In this document: positions 38,469 to 48,994 of the stretch, one piece after another
Layout: the number at the start of each line of letters is the position of its first letter
Position numbering within the stretch: position 1 is the stretch's first letter
Source: an uncultured Thiobacillus sp.
GTDB lineage: Bacteria > Pseudomonadota > Gammaproteobacteria > Burkholderiales > Thiobacillaceae
Reading direction: 5' to 3'
Assembly (NCBI GenBank): GCA_964466195.1
Contig: CAYXMQ010000009.1
Location: forward strand, 20,568 to 84,567
Length of the DNA: 64,000 nt
Made by a program: the position numbers and the translations under genes
The notes under the pieces: generated by a model
What the model was told of the DNA's origin: nothing
Databases searched by the model: none
What the model saw: the letters and a program-made list of their open reading frames with translations, nothing else

Positions 38469-38626
38469 GCGATTGATCCTGCCACGCCGCGCTGCAGGTG
38501 ACCAGCACGCCTGCTGCAACAATAGGGGACGTACCGCCTCAGTAACGTGACAGATCGTAAACACGCGATGTCATAAATGGCATGACGCGATGGCGGTACG
38601 CCCTCTAATCGCGCTGTCCGCATGCT

Positions 38627-38643
38627 TGGCATGCCGCTTGCAT
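38627..38643 (+). promoter_or_regulatory. candidate sigma-54 (-24/-12) promoter
   Basis: TGGCATGCCGCTTGCAT compared with consensus TGGCACG-N4-TTGCW. The GG-to-GC spacing is exactly 12 nt. It lies about 37 nt upstream of ATG 38680. Confidence 0.6.
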
Positions 38644-38679
38644 CAATTGTCTCCCCAAACCCGTATCAAGGATGGAGAC

Positions 38680-38883
38680 ATGACCGACAAGACAACCTGG
38701 CAGTTGCAACCCGGCGTGGCGATGAGCCCGGAGGCGGCCGACGAAGTGGCGAAAATCGCTTGTGCGCTGAAAAGCCTGTCCGCCTACACGGCTTTTGCGA
38801 TGGAACGCGAGGACTGCCCGGAAGACCTGCAGCAGATCGTTGCAGACGGGCTCGAGGCCATGGCTCGCGTGTTCGTCTGGTAA
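38680..38883 (+). CDS. small hypothetical protein (67 aa, two Cys) upstream of sqr
   Basis: aaggatggag RBS precedes the ATG. Codon usage is genome-like. I recognise no family. Confidence 0.5.
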   Translation: MTDKTTWQLQPGVAMSPEAADEVAKIACALKSLSAYTAFAMEREDCPEDLQQIVADGLEAMARVFVW

Positions 38884-38931
38884 GTCGGCGTTGATATCTC
38901 ACAACTAAAACCCTCGAAGGAGCAATACTCA

Positions 38932-40200
38932 ATGGCTCGTATCCTGATTCTCGGCGCCGGTATCGGCGGCATGCCCATGGCCTATGAAATGCGCGACAAG
39001 GCCCGCGCGGAAGACACGATCAGCGTGGTTTCCAACCTCCCTTACTTTCAGTTCACGCCGTCCAATCCCTGGGTGGCGGTCAATTGGCGTAAACGCGACG
39101 ACATCACGCTGGACATCGCCCCGTTGTTGGAAAAAAAGAACATTGAATTCATCCCGGTCGGCGCCAAGCGGGTGCATCCGGAACGCAATGTGCTGGAACT
39201 GCTGGACGGGCGCGAGCTGGGCTACGACTTTCTGATCATCGCCACCGGCCCCAAGCTGGCGTTCGACGAGGTGGAAGGCCTCGGCCCGAATGGCCATACC
39301 CGTTCGGTCTGCCAGGTCGAGCACGCCGTCGAAGCCGGCAAGGCCTGGGAGAACTTCGTCAAGGACCCCGGTCCGATCGTGGTCGGCGCAGTGCAGGGCG
39401 CGTCCTGCTACGGCCCGGCGTACGAATTCGCCTTCATCATGGATACCGATCTCAAGCGCCGCAAGATCCGCGACAAGGTGCCGATGACCTTCGTCACCGC
39501 CGAACCCTATATCGGCCACCTCGGCCTCGGCGGCGTCGGCGACTCCAAAGGGCTGATGGAATCGGGCATGCGCGACCGCCATGTGAAATGGATCTGCAAT
39601 GCCAAGGTCACCAAGGTCGAAGCCGGCAAGATGTTCGTCAGCGAACACAACGAGGACGGCTCGGTGAAGAAAGAGCATGAACTGCCGTTCAAGTTTTCGA
39701 TGATGTTGCCGGCGTTCAAGGGCATCGACGCGGTATTCGGTATTGAAGGTCTGACCAATCCGCGCGGCTTCATCGTCGTCGACCCGTACCAGCGCAACCC
39801 GAAGTACAACAACATCTACAGCGTCGGCGTCTGCGTCGCCATCCCGCCGGTCGAAGCCACCCCGGTGCCGACCGGCGCGCCGAAAACCGGCTACATGATC
39901 GAAACCATGGTCACCGCCACCGCGCACAACATCCGCGCCGTGCTCGACGGCAAGGAGCCGGATCAAAAAGCGACCTGGAATGCGATCTGCCTGGCCGACT
40001 TCGGCGACACCGGCGCCGCCTTTGTCGCGCTGCCGCAGATTCCGCCGCGCAACGTCAACTGGTTCAAGGAAGGCAAATGGGTGCATCTGGCCAAGATCGC
40101 CTTCGAAAAGTACTTCCTGCGCAAGATGAAGAAGGGCACGACCGAACCGTTGTACGAGAAATATGTGCTTGGCGTGATGGGGATCAAGAAGCTGAAGTGA
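38932..40200 (+). CDS. sqr: sulfide:quinone oxidoreductase, type I
   Basis: aaggag RBS. ILGAGIGG FAD motif. Close end-to-end resemblance to Acidithiobacillus/Aquifex type-I SQR, including the three conserved Cys contexts (SVCQVEH, GASCYGPAYE, GVCVAIPP). Confidence 0.9.
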   Translation: MARILILGAGIGGMPMAYEMRDKARAEDTISVVSNLPYFQFTPSNPWVAVNWRKRDDITLDIAPLLEKKNIEFIPVGAKRVHPERNVLELLDGRELGYDFLIIATGPKLAFDEVEGLGPNGHTRSVCQVEHAVEAGKAWENFVKDPGPIVVGAVQGASCYGPAYEFAFIMDTDLKRRKIRDKVPMTFVTAEPYIGHLGLGGVGDSKGLMESGMRDRHVKWICNAKVTKVEAGKMFVSEHNEDGSVKKEHELPFKFSMMLPAFKGIDAVFGIEGLTNPRGFIVVDPYQRNPKYNNIYSVGVCVAIPPVEATPVPTGAPKTGYMIETMVTATAHNIRAVLDGKEPDQKATWNAICLADFGDTGAAFVALPQIPPRNVNWFKEGKWVHLAKIAFEKYFLRKMKKGTTEPLYEKYVLGVMGIKKLK

Positions 40201-40237
40201 GGCCGCGCAACTGACTGCCGAAGCGCGCTTGGTCGCT

Positions 40238-40267
40238 CGGCGCCGGGCGGGACGTCCCCGCGCGCCG
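40238..40267. terminator. GC-rich hairpin between convergent sqr and prpD
   Basis: cggcgc...gggacgtccc...gcgccg form an imperfect long stem centred on the palindrome gggacgtccc. It lies in a 98-nt convergent spacer. Confidence 0.4.
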
Positions 40268-40298
40268 TTGGGCGTTCTTGCCCAGCATGGCCAGGCTG

Positions 40299-41750
40299 CT
40301 AGAGCGCGAACAAGCCCATGAACTCCTGCACCGGCGTCGCCTCCAGCCGCGCCTGATCGGCGCACAGATGATTGAGGGCGGCGCATTTCTTCGGCGACAG
40401 CTTGCCGGCGATCGCGGATTCGAACTTCTTGACCAGGATAGGAATGCCTTCGCTGCGGCGCAGGCGGTGGCCGATGGGCGCGTCGATGCTGACTTTTTCG
40501 GTCGCTGAGCCGTCCTTGAAGAACACCTGCACGCTGTTGCCGATATAGCGCTTGGCGGCTTCCAGGTATTCCTGCGAGAAGCGCGGATTCTCCTTGACCG
40601 TGGTGAGGGCGCGCAGACGGTCGATGCGCGGGTCGGCTGCGCCGGCGTCGGTGTAGTCGGCGGCGGTCAGGCGGCCTTTGATCAAGGGAACTGCGACCAT
40701 GTACTGGATGCAATGGTCGCGGTCGGCGTAGTTGTTCATCGGCCCGGTCTTGTCGATGATGCGGCAGCCGGCGTCAGTGGTTTCGATCTCGATGCGTTCG
40801 ATCTCGTCGAGGCGATCCTTCACCAGCGGATGCAGCTGCAACGCGCATTCGACGGCGGTCTGGGCGTGGAATTCGGCCGGGAAGCTGATCTTGAACAGGA
40901 TGTTCTCCATCACATACGCTCCGAATTCCTGGCTGAACTTGAGTTCGTTGCCGCGGAACAGACTGTCCTGGAAGCCCCAGGTCTTGGCGGTCAGCGCCGA
41001 CGGATAGCCCATCTCGCCGGTCAGTGCGATCAAGGCCAGATGCACGCCGCGCGAACTGGCGTCGCCCGCGGCCCAGGACTTGCGCGAGCCGGTGTTGGGA
41101 GCGTGGCGGTAGGTGCGCAGCGAGCAGCCGTCGATCCAGGCGTGCGAAATGGCGTTGAGCACTTCCTCGCGGCTGCCGCCGAGCAGGCGCGCGGCGACCG
41201 CGGTGGAGGCGATGCGCACCAGCATGACGTGGTCGAGGCCGACGCGGTTGAAGGCATTTTCCAGCGCCGTGACGCCCTGCACCTCGTGCGCCTGGATCAT
41301 CGCGGCGAGCACGTCGCGCATGACCAGCGGCGCCTGCCCTTCGGCGAGCCGCTTGCGCGACAGCCAGTCGGCGATGCCGAGTATGGCGCCCAGGTTGTCG
41401 GACGGATGGCCCCATTCGGCAGCCAGCCAGGTGTCGTTGAAGTCGAGGAAGCGCACCAGGCAGCCGATGTCCCAGGCCGCCTTGACCGGGTCGAGTTCGA
41501 ACGAGGTGCCGGGCACGCGCGCGCCGCCGGGCAAGGTCGCACCCGGCACGATCGGGCCGAGCAGTTTGGTGCATTCCGGGTAGTCCATCGCCAGCAACGC
41601 GCAGGCGAGTGAATCCATCAGGCAATAGCGGGCGGTGTCCATTGCCAGCGTGGCCTGGCTGGCGTCGTAATCCATGACGTAGTCGGCCATGGTTTGCAGA
41701 AGGGTGTCGAACGGCGGGCGGTGGGCGTCACGGATATCGTGGGCGGACAT
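40299..41750 (-). CDS. prpD: 2-methylcitrate dehydratase
   Basis: 483 aa starting at ATG 41750 (MSAHDIRD...). MmgE/PrpD family pattern. It is the last gene of the prpE-B-C-D row. Confidence 0.9.
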   Translation of the reverse strand: MSAHDIRDAHRPPFDTLLQTMADYVMDYDASQATLAMDTARYCLMDSLACALLAMDYPECTKLLGPIVPGATLPGGARVPGTSFELDPVKAAWDIGCLVRFLDFNDTWLAAEWGHPSDNLGAILGIADWLSRKRLAEGQAPLVMRDVLAAMIQAHEVQGVTALENAFNRVGLDHVMLVRIASTAVAARLLGGSREEVLNAISHAWIDGCSLRTYRHAPNTGSRKSWAAGDASSRGVHLALIALTGEMGYPSALTAKTWGFQDSLFRGNELKFSQEFGAYVMENILFKISFPAEFHAQTAVECALQLHPLVKDRLDEIERIEIETTDAGCRIIDKTGPMNNYADRDHCIQYMVAVPLIKGRLTAADYTDAGAADPRIDRLRALTTVKENPRFSQEYLEAAKRYIGNSVQVFFKDGSATEKVSIDAPIGHRLRRSEGIPILVKKFESAIAGKLSPKKCAALNHLCADQARLEATPVQEFMGLFAL

Positions 41751-41782
41751 GGGGCTTCCTCGGGTTGCGGGTATTGGGGCGT

Positions 41783-41806
41783 CTTCCCCCTCTGTCAAAG
41801 GGGGGT
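41783..41806. repeat. REP-like C5-6/G5-6 hairpin, copy 1 (prpC-prpD spacer)
   Basis: cttccccctctgtcaaaggggggt resembles the reverse complement of the copy at 43935-43955 (see findings for the alignment). Confidence 0.55.
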
Positions 41807-41813
41807 AAAGGCA

Positions 41814-42977
41814 TCAGGGGCGTTGTTCGATCGGCACAAACTTCAAGTCTTCCGGCCCGGTGTAGTTGGCCGAGGGGCGGATGATCTTGCCGTCGACGCG
41901 TTGTTCGATGACATGCGCCGCCCAGCCGGTGGTGCGGGAAATGATGAACAGCGGCGTGAACATCGCGGTGGGCACGCCCATCATCGCGTAGGACACCGAC
42001 GAGAACCAGTCCAGATTGGGGAACATGTTCTTGACGTCCTTCATCACCGCTTCCAGCCGGTCGGCCACGTCGTACAGCTTGTGGTTGCCGTGATGGTCGG
42101 CGAGGCGCTTGGCGACCGACTTGATCACGACGTTGCGCGGGTCGGAAATCGTATAGACCGGGTGACCGAAGCCGATGATGACTTCCTTGTTGGCGACCCG
42201 GGCGCGGATGTCCGCTTCGGCGGCATCCGGCGAGTCGTAGCGGCTCTGGATGCCGAACGCGGCTTCATTGGCGCCGCCATGCTTGGGGCCGCGCAATGCG
42301 CCGATCGCGCCGGTGATGGCCGAATACAGGTCGGAGCCGGTGCCGGCGATCACGCGGCCGGTGAAGGTGGAGGCGTTGAACTCGTGCTCGGCATAGAGGA
42401 TCAGCGAAGTGTGCATCGCGCGCACCCAGATCTCGGGAGGCGCCGCGCCATGCAGCAGATGCAGGAAATGGCCGCCGATGCTGTCGTCATCCGTTTCGCA
42501 TTCGATGCGGCGGCCGTTATGGCTGTAGTGATACCAGTAGAGCAGCGCGGAGCCGAGACCGGCGATCAGGCGGTCGGCGATGTTGCGCGCGCCCAGGGCG
42601 GGTTGTTTCTCTTCTTCCGGCAGCAGACAACCCAGCACCGAAACGGCTGTGCGCATGACATCCATCGGGTGCGCCGACGCCGGCAATTGCTCCAGCACCG
42701 CCTTCAGCGCCGCCGGCAGGCCGCGCAGCGCCTGCAGCTTGGCCTTGTAGGCCGCCAGTTCAGCGCGGTTGGGGAAATGGCCATGGATCAGCAAATGCGC
42801 GACCTCTTCGAATTCGCAGACATCGGCGATGTCGAGAATGTCATAGCCGCGGTAGTGCAGATCGTTGCCGGTGCGGCCCACGCTGCACAGCGCCGAGTTG
42901 CCGGCGACGACGCCGGACAGCGCAACGGACTTTTTCGGCTTGGGGGCGGAGTTGGGGATGTCGGGTGTCTCGCTCAT
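41814..42977 (-). CDS. prpC: 2-methylcitrate synthase
   Basis: ATG 42977 (MSETPDIP...). 387 aa, citrate synthase family ([15 protein letters not shown]-type motifs). Confidence 0.9.
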   Translation of the reverse strand: MSETPDIPNSAPKPKKSVALSGVVAGNSALCSVGRTGNDLHYRGYDILDIADVCEFEEVAHLLIHGHFPNRAELAAYKAKLQALRGLPAALKAVLEQLPASAHPMDVMRTAVSVLGCLLPEEEKQPALGARNIADRLIAGLGSALLYWYHYSHNGRRIECETDDDSIGGHFLHLLHGAAPPEIWVRAMHTSLILYAEHEFNASTFTGRVIAGTGSDLYSAITGAIGALRGPKHGGANEAAFGIQSRYDSPDAAEADIRARVANKEVIIGFGHPVYTISDPRNVVIKSVAKRLADHHGNHKLYDVADRLEAVMKDVKNMFPNLDWFSSVSYAMMGVPTAMFTPLFIISRTTGWAAHVIEQRVDGKIIRPSANYTGPEDLKFVPIEQRP

Positions 42978-43015
42978 GGGGTCTCCTGGTGATGTTCTGC
43001 GCCGGCAACGTCGAG

Positions 43016-43906
43016 CTACACGCCGCCCGATTCCTTGAACAAGTTGTCCAGCTTCTGTTCGAAGCTGTGGTAACCGAGGTGGTCGTACAACTCCATGCGG
43101 GTCTGCATCGTGTCGAGCACATTCTGTTGCGTACCTTCGCGGCGAATCGCGCCATAGACGTTCAGCGCCGCTTTGCTCATGGCGCGGAACGCGGACAGCG
43201 GATACAGCACCAGGCCGACGCCGACGCTGCGCAGTTGCTCGACGCTGAATAACGGGGTGGCGCCGAACTCGGTGATGTTGGCCAGAATGGGCGCCTTGAT
43301 CGCCTGCGTGAAGGCGGCGTATTGCGCCAGTTCGGTCATGGCTTCCGGGAAGATCATGTCGGCGCCGGCTTCGACGCAGGCGCTGGCGCGGTCGATGGCG
43401 GCCTGCAGGCCCTCGGCCTGCAGCGCATCGGTGCGCGCCATGATGACGAATTCGGGGTCGATGCGGGCATCCACCGCCGCCTTCACCCGATCCACCATTT
43501 CGGCTTGCGAAACGATGGCCTTGCCGGGGCGATGGCCGCAACGTTTTTGCATGACCTGATCCTCGATATGCACTGCCGCCACGCCGGCCCGGGTCAGCGC
43601 GCGCACGGCGCGGGCGATGTTGAAGGCGCCGCCCCAGCCGGTGTCGATATCGACCAGCAAGGGCAGGGGGGTGACATCGGTGATGCGGCGGGCGTCGATC
43701 AGCACGTCTTCCAGCGTCGTGATGCCGAGGTCGGGAATGCCGCAGGAACTGGCCGCGACGCCGCCGCCGGACAGATACAGCGCCTTGAAGCCGGCGTGTT
43801 CGGCCAGCAGCGCCGAGTAGGCGTTGACGGCGCCGATCACCTGCAAAGGCTGTTCGGCGGCGACGGCGGCGCGGAATTTCGCGCCGGCAGAAGTGGCTTG
43901 AGTCAT
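43016..43906 (-). CDS. prpB: methylisocitrate lyase
   Basis: ATG 43906 ([12 protein letters not shown]...). 296 aa. The KRCGHRPGK active-site loop is typical of PrpB/ICL-family enzymes. Confidence 0.9.
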   Translation of the reverse strand: MTQATSAGAKFRAAVAAEQPLQVIGAVNAYSALLAEHAGFKALYLSGGGVAASSCGIPDLGITTLEDVLIDARRITDVTPLPLLVDIDTGWGGAFNIARAVRALTRAGVAAVHIEDQVMQKRCGHRPGKAIVSQAEMVDRVKAAVDARIDPEFVIMARTDALQAEGLQAAIDRASACVEAGADMIFPEAMTELAQYAAFTQAIKAPILANITEFGATPLFSVEQLRSVGVGLVLYPLSAFRAMSKAALNVYGAIRREGTQQNVLDTMQTRMELYDHLGYHSFEQKLDNLFKESGGV

Positions 43907-43934
43907 GGTGTGTCCTCGTGGGGCTGACAAATTG

Positions 43935-43955
43935 CCCCCCTTTTCCAAAGGGGGA
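43935..43955. repeat. REP-like C5-6/G5-6 hairpin, copy 2 (prpE-prpB spacer)
   Basis: cccccttt / aaaggggg form an 8-bp stem with a 3-nt loop. It is in inverted orientation relative to copy 1. Confidence 0.55.
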
Positions 43956-43970
43956 AGAAAATCCACAGGC

Positions 43971-45875
43971 TCATCGCCCCACCGCCTTGCGGATTTCCTC
44001 CAGCGCGTTGGGGTCGTCGAGGGTGGACAGATCACCGGTTTCGCGACCTTCCGCCAGCGCCTGGATCGAGCGCCGCAGCAGCTTGCCGGAACGGGTCTTG
44101 GGCAGCGCCGTGACGAAGTGCAGCTGGTACGGCTTGGCGACGGCGCCGAGCAGTTCCGCGACCTTGGCGATGCAGGACTTCTCCAGCGCTGCGCGGCCGG
44201 CCGCATCGGCGATCAGCGCCGGGTCTTTGACCGTGCAGAAACCGACCGGCACCTGACCCTTGACTTCGTCATGCAGGCCGACCACGGCGACTTCGGCGAT
44301 GGCCGGATGCGCCTGCAACGCCTCCTCGATTTCGCGCGTGCCGAGGCGGTGACCGGCGGTGTTGATGACGTCGTCAGTGCGGCCGAGGATGAAGGTGTAG
44401 CCGTCGGCGTCGCGCACCGCCCAGTCGGATGAGGAATAGAGCAATTCATGCTCGAACTGGCCGAAATAGCTGTTGATGAAGCGTGCGTCATCGCCCCAGA
44501 CGGTCGTCAAACACCCCGGCGGCAACGGCGGCACGACGGTCAGCACGCCTTTCTCATTGGCGCCGCCGCTGTTGCCGCACTCGGCCCCGGTCAGGTCGTT
44601 GACGATGCGGATGTTGAAGCCGTAGGTCGGGAAGCCGGGCGAGCCGAAGCGATTCGGCTTCAGCTCGACGCCGGGCAGGTAACTCAGCATCGCCCAGCCG
44701 CTTTCGGTCTGCCAGTAATGGTCCAGCACCGGCACGCCCAGGCCGTCGGAAATCCAGCGCGAGGTGGTTTCGTCCAGCGGCTCGCCGGCCAGGAACAGAT
44801 AGCGCAGGCTGGAGAGATCGTACTTCTTCAGCCAGGCCGGGTCCTGCTTCTTCAACACGCGGATGGCGGTCGGCGACGAGAACATCGTGGTGACCTGGTG
44901 GTCCTGCACGATCTTCCACCAGATGCCGGCATCCGGCTTGATCGGCAGGCCTTCGTAGACGATGGTGGTCATGCCGTGAATCAGCGGGCCGTAGACGATA
45001 TAGCTGTGGCCGACCACCCAGCCGATGTCGGAGGTGGTGAACATGGTTTCGCCGGCACCGGCGTTGTAGACGTATTTCATGGAGGCCGCCAGCGCCACGG
45101 CGTAGCCGCCGACATCGCGCTGCACGCCCTTGGGCTTGCCGGTGGTGCCGCTGGTGTACAGGATGTAGCTGGGTTCGTTGGATTCCAGCCAGGTCACCGG
45201 CACCACCGCGTCGCGGCAGTCGTCGCGCGCGTCCCAGTAATCGATATCGCGGCCGTCCTGCCATGGCATGTCCGCGTCGAGGCCGCGATCGACGATCAGC
45301 ACCTTCGGCGGCGGGAACTTCGCTTCCTGCATCGCGGCATCGACCAGATGCTTGTACGGCACCGCCTTGCCGCCGCGCATGCCGGCATCGGCGCAGATCA
45401 GCAGACAGGGTTTGGCGTCGTCGATGCGCAGCGCCAGGTTGTGCGCCGCGAAGCCGCCGAACACGACGGAATGCACCGCACCCAGGCGGGCGCAGGCCAG
45501 CATGCAGAAAACGGCTTCGGCGATCATCGGCATGTAGATCACCACCCGCTCGCCCTTCTTCACGCCCAGGCTTTGCAGCACGGCGGCGCAGCGGTTCACC
45601 TCGCGGTGCAGCTCGGCGTAGGTGTATTGCTTTTCCTCGCCGGTCTCGCTGGACAGGTAGATCAGCGCGGGCTGCTCGGCGCGCGCGGCCAAATGCCGGT
45701 CCACCGCGTTGTGGCAGAGGTTGGTTTCGCCGCCGACGAACCATTTGCGAAACGGCGGCTTCGAGTAATCGAGTATTTGCTGCGGCGGCGTGCGCCATTC
45801 GATCAGCTTGGCCTGATCACCCCAAAACCCGTCCGGATCGTCGATGGAACGACGGTAAAACGCCTGGTAATCCAT
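43971..45875 (-). CDS. prpE: propionate--CoA ligase (propionyl-CoA synthetase)
   Basis: 634 aa of the acyl-CoA synthetase family ([14 protein letters not shown]-binding motif). The N-terminus [18 protein letters not shown] is typical of PrpE. It is the first gene of the prp row. Confidence 0.85.
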   Translation of the reverse strand: MDYQAFYRRSIDDPDGFWGDQAKLIEWRTPPQQILDYSKPPFRKWFVGGETNLCHNAVDRHLAARAEQPALIYLSSETGEEKQYTYAELHREVNRCAAVLQSLGVKKGERVVIYMPMIAEAVFCMLACARLGAVHSVVFGGFAAHNLALRIDDAKPCLLICADAGMRGGKAVPYKHLVDAAMQEAKFPPPKVLIVDRGLDADMPWQDGRDIDYWDARDDCRDAVVPVTWLESNEPSYILYTSGTTGKPKGVQRDVGGYAVALAASMKYVYNAGAGETMFTTSDIGWVVGHSYIVYGPLIHGMTTIVYEGLPIKPDAGIWWKIVQDHQVTTMFSSPTAIRVLKKQDPAWLKKYDLSSLRYLFLAGEPLDETTSRWISDGLGVPVLDHYWQTESGWAMLSYLPGVELKPNRFGSPGFPTYGFNIRIVNDLTGAECGNSGGANEKGVLTVVPPLPPGCLTTVWGDDARFINSYFGQFEHELLYSSSDWAVRDADGYTFILGRTDDVINTAGHRLGTREIEEALQAHPAIAEVAVVGLHDEVKGQVPVGFCTVKDPALIADAAGRAALEKSCIAKVAELLGAVAKPYQLHFVTALPKTRSGKLLRRSIQALAEGRETGDLSTLDDPNALEEIRKAVGR

Positions 45876-45907
45876 GCTCTCCTCCTATGCGGCCGACGAT
45901 TCCAACT

Positions 45908-45927
45908 TTCGACAGGCCGCTGTCGAA
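45908..45927 (-). other. 8-bp perfect stem (ttcgacag-gccg-ctgtcgaa): manC terminator or prp operator
   Basis: It lies 59 nt after the manC stop and 33-52 nt upstream of the prpE ATG. No U-tract follows. Confidence 0.3.
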
Positions 45928-45986
45928 TTCATTGTGCACTGCAATAGCTGACGCGAACCTGACGATGCCGGCGGAGGAATGGCGGG

Positions 45987-47402
45987 CTAACTGCGTTGGT
46001 AAAGGTCCTCGAATCGCACGATATCGTCTTCGCCGAGATAGCTGCCGGACTGGACTTCGATCAGGTGCAACGGCATGCGTCCCGGGTTTTCCAGGCGGTG
46101 GGTGGTGCCGAGCGGGATGTAGGTGGACTGGTTTTCGGTCAGCAATTCCTCGACATCGCCGCGGGTGACGCGGGCGGTGCCGGAGACCACGACCCAATGC
46201 TCGGCGCGGTGATGATGCATTTGCAGCGACAGCTTCTCGCCCGGCTTGACCATGATGCGCTTGACCTGGAAACGCTCGCCGATGTCGATGCCTTCGTACC
46301 AGCCCCAGGGGCGAAACACGCGGGTATGGAACTCGTGTTCGCTGCGGCCGCTGGCTTTCAGGAAATCGACCACTTTTTTGACGTCCTGGGCGCGGTTCTT
46401 GTCCGCCACCAGCACCGCATCGGCGGTTTCAACAATGAGCAGATCGGCGACGCCGATGGCCGCCACCATGCGTGATTCGGCGCGCACCAGACTGTTGCTG
46501 ACGTCATCCAGATAGACGTCGCCGCGCAGTACATTGCCGTTGGCGTCCTTGCTGCCGACATCCCAGAGCGCCGACCAGGCGCCGATGTCGTTCCAGCCGA
46601 TATCGGTCGGCACTACGGCGGCGTGGCGAGTGTGCTCCATGACCGCGTAGTCGATGGAATCGGACGGGCAGGTGGCGAACGCGGCCTGGTCCAGGCGGCA
46701 GAAGTCGAGATCGTGCTTGCCTTGGGCGAGCGCCTCTTTGCAGGCGGCGAGTATGTCCGGGCGGACTCTGTCCAATTCATCGAGAAATTGTCGGCAGCTG
46801 AACAGGAACATGCCGCTGTTCCAGTAGTAATCGCCGGCGGCGAGAAATTTCTCGGCATTTTCCAGATTCGGCTTTTCCACGAAGCGCTCGACCTGATACG
46901 CCGCGCCCTGAGCCAGGGCTGCGCCGCGCTGGATATAGCCGTAACCGGTTTCCGGCGCGTCCGGGACGATGCCGAAGGTGACCAGGAAACCGGCGGCGAC
47001 GGCATCCAGGCCTTGCCGGATGGCGGCATGGAAAGCGGCGACGTCGCGAATCAGATGGTCGGCCGGCAACAGCAGCATGACCGCTTCCGGGTCGCCTTCC
47101 AGCAGGGTCAGTGCGGCCACCGCGGCGGCCGGCGCGGTATTGCGCCCGACCGGCTCGAGGAAGATGGCCAGCGGTGCGACCCCCACTTCCCGCATCTGCT
47201 CGGCGATCAGGAAGCGGTGGTCGTTATTGCACACGATCAAGGGTTGTCCGCAATCCGGCAGGCCCGCCAGGCGCCGTACGGTTTCCTGCACCATGGTCAA
47301 ATCAGACGCCAGCGGCAACAACTGTTTCGGCAGCGCTTTGCGCGACATCGGCCAGAGCCGGGTGCCGGAACCGCCGGAGAGAATGACGGGATAGAGGGTC
47401 AT
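45987..47402 (-). CDS. manC: mannose-1-phosphate guanylyltransferase / mannose-6-phosphate isomerase
   Basis: ATG 47402. VILSGGSGTRLWPMSR nucleotidyl-transferase motif. C-terminal cupin (HHRAEHWVVVSGTA). Confidence 0.9.
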   Translation of the reverse strand: MTLYPVILSGGSGTRLWPMSRKALPKQLLPLASDLTMVQETVRRLAGLPDCGQPLIVCNNDHRFLIAEQMREVGVAPLAIFLEPVGRNTAPAAAVAALTLLEGDPEAVMLLLPADHLIRDVAAFHAAIRQGLDAVAAGFLVTFGIVPDAPETGYGYIQRGAALAQGAAYQVERFVEKPNLENAEKFLAAGDYYWNSGMFLFSCRQFLDELDRVRPDILAACKEALAQGKHDLDFCRLDQAAFATCPSDSIDYAVMEHTRHAAVVPTDIGWNDIGAWSALWDVGSKDANGNVLRGDVYLDDVSNSLVRAESRMVAAIGVADLLIVETADAVLVADKNRAQDVKKVVDFLKASGRSEHEFHTRVFRPWGWYEGIDIGERFQVKRIMVKPGEKLSLQMHHHRAEHWVVVSGTARVTRGDVEELLTENQSTYIPLGTTHRLENPGRMPLHLIEVQSGSYLGEDDIVRFEDLYQRS

Positions 47403-47447
47403 AACGGGCTCATCGTGGAAAGAGGGGCGAAGGGTAATGCCAGAGGC

Positions 47448-47479
47448 GCACACGTGGAAAGCCCGACAGGCTGCTAGCC
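47448..47479. repeat. solo copy of the terminal motif of the 2203-2479 element
   Basis: gcacacgtggaaagcccgacaggctgctagcc matches 2449-2479 at about 24/25 core positions. It overlaps the stop codon of the CYTH-CHAD gene. Confidence 0.6.
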
Positions 47480-48994
47480 TCGCCAGAACAGCCGGGACTG
47501 CGCCAGCCGCCGCCAGACCGCGGCGGAAATGCCGGCATGGCGCGCCGCTTCGACTTGCAAGGCGCCTTCGAGGCGGCCGAGCTCGAAGCTGATCGACAAG
47601 CTCTTTTTCGGCAGCGTGCGCAGCAATTCGGCGCCGACATGGGCGTCATTGGCGCTGCCCAGTGCGTTCTGCAATTCGGCCAGCGCCGCGATGAAACGAG
47701 CGCCGCGTTTGCCGTAAAACGGCGCGAACGCCTCCGCCGCGTAGCGCAGCTTCTTGGCGGCGATGCGCGCCAAATGGCGTTCGGCGGGGTCAAGCCGGGC
47801 GAAGCGGCGGCAACGCTTGCGCAACGTGCGCCAGCGTTTCTCCAGGATGCCCGCGGCCCAGGCCTGCGCGCTCGCCGGCGCCGCGCCGGAGGCGGCGGGC
47901 GCAGCGGCCGCGGGCAGCAGGCCGCGGCCGAGGGCGAGCACCAGTCCGGTGAATTCCGCGCTGCGCAGCAAGGCTTGCGCCTGTCGGCGGCTGTCGGCGG
48001 CCGCCTCGCGCAGCAGCGCCAGCATGGCCTCCTCGCCGGGCGCCGGCGCGGCCGGTACGCCCAGCGCCGCCAGCGTCCTGGGCAACGTTTCATGCAGGAA
48101 CACATCCCAGTCGCGCGCCGGATTCAGGCCGCGCATCACGCGGCGCAATGGCTGCACCGTGTCGGCGGCGATCCGGCTCTGACCCGATTTCAGCGCGCCG
48201 TTCAGCGCCAGGCCGGCGCGCAGGCGGCGCAGTGCAATGCGGAGTTGGTGCAGGTATTCAATCTCCTGCGCGCGTTCCAGAACGCCCGGTACGTTGGCGA
48301 CCAATTGCGCCAGTGCGGCCTGCATCACGGCTTGCCAGGCGGCGCCGCTGCTCTGCTGCGGATGGATGTCCGGGCGCACGGCTTTGACCGGCGCCGGCCG
48401 GCTCGCGCCGCACAAGGCATAGCCGCGCTCCGCCTTGCTGCGCGGCTCGATGGTCAGGTCCGCATCGGGCAGCAAGCGCAAGGCCACGTCGAACAGAAAG
48501 TCCGCCGCGCCGGTCTTGAGTTCAATTTCGATTTCCGAGATCGCTTGCGCCGCCTCGCCGGCCTGGATCTCGCCGATATCCAGCGCCAGTTCCGCCTGAT
48601 CGTCGCCGTGCGTGATCTGCCAGGTGGTGCGCTGGAATCGGGTGGCGAAGGCCGGCGCAATCCGCGCCCGGTCGATGCCGTGCAGGAGTTCCAGAGCGGC
48701 CTGCGGCAGCACGGCAAAATCCGGGCTGGCGCCGCCGGCGACCGCCATCTCCCATTCCGGCCGACTCGACATCGCGCCGACTGCGCGCGCTTCAGCCTTC
48801 AAGGTCTGCACCCAGTGGTAGCCGATGCGCCGTACGCGCAGCGCAATGCCGCGCCGCATCAGTTCGAAGTCGGGCGTGTCGAAGTAAATGCTGTGCAAGG
48901 TGTTTTTGTTCGGCTTGATGGCATGCAACAACGCATGCCGCCTTATGCGTGCGGCCTGGTGCTTCGGCAGAGCCAGTTTCAGTTCGATTTCCAT
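47474..48994 (-). CDS. CYTH and CHAD domain-containing protein (YgiF-like triphosphatase fold)
   Basis: The N-terminal MEIELKL ExExK motif is typical of CYTH. A C-terminal helical Arg/Ala-rich CHAD-type region follows. Length is 506 aa. Confidence 0.8.
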   Translation of the reverse strand: MEIELKLALPKHQAARIRRHALLHAIKPNKNTLHSIYFDTPDFELMRRGIALRVRRIGYHWVQTLKAEARAVGAMSSRPEWEMAVAGGASPDFAVLPQAALELLHGIDRARIAPAFATRFQRTTWQITHGDDQAELALDIGEIQAGEAAQAISEIEIELKTGAADFLFDVALRLLPDADLTIEPRSKAERGYALCGASRPAPVKAVRPDIHPQQSSGAAWQAVMQAALAQLVANVPGVLERAQEIEYLHQLRIALRRLRAGLALNGALKSGQSRIAADTVQPLRRVMRGLNPARDWDVFLHETLPRTLAALGVPAAPAPGEEAMLALLREAAADSRRQAQALLRSAEFTGLVLALGRGLLPAAAAPAASGAAPASAQAWAAGILEKRWRTLRKRCRRFARLDPAERHLARIAAKKLRYAAEAFAPFYGKRGARFIAALAELQNALGSANDAHVGAELLRTLPKKSLSISFELGRLEGALQVEAARHAGISAAVWRRLAQSRLFWRG

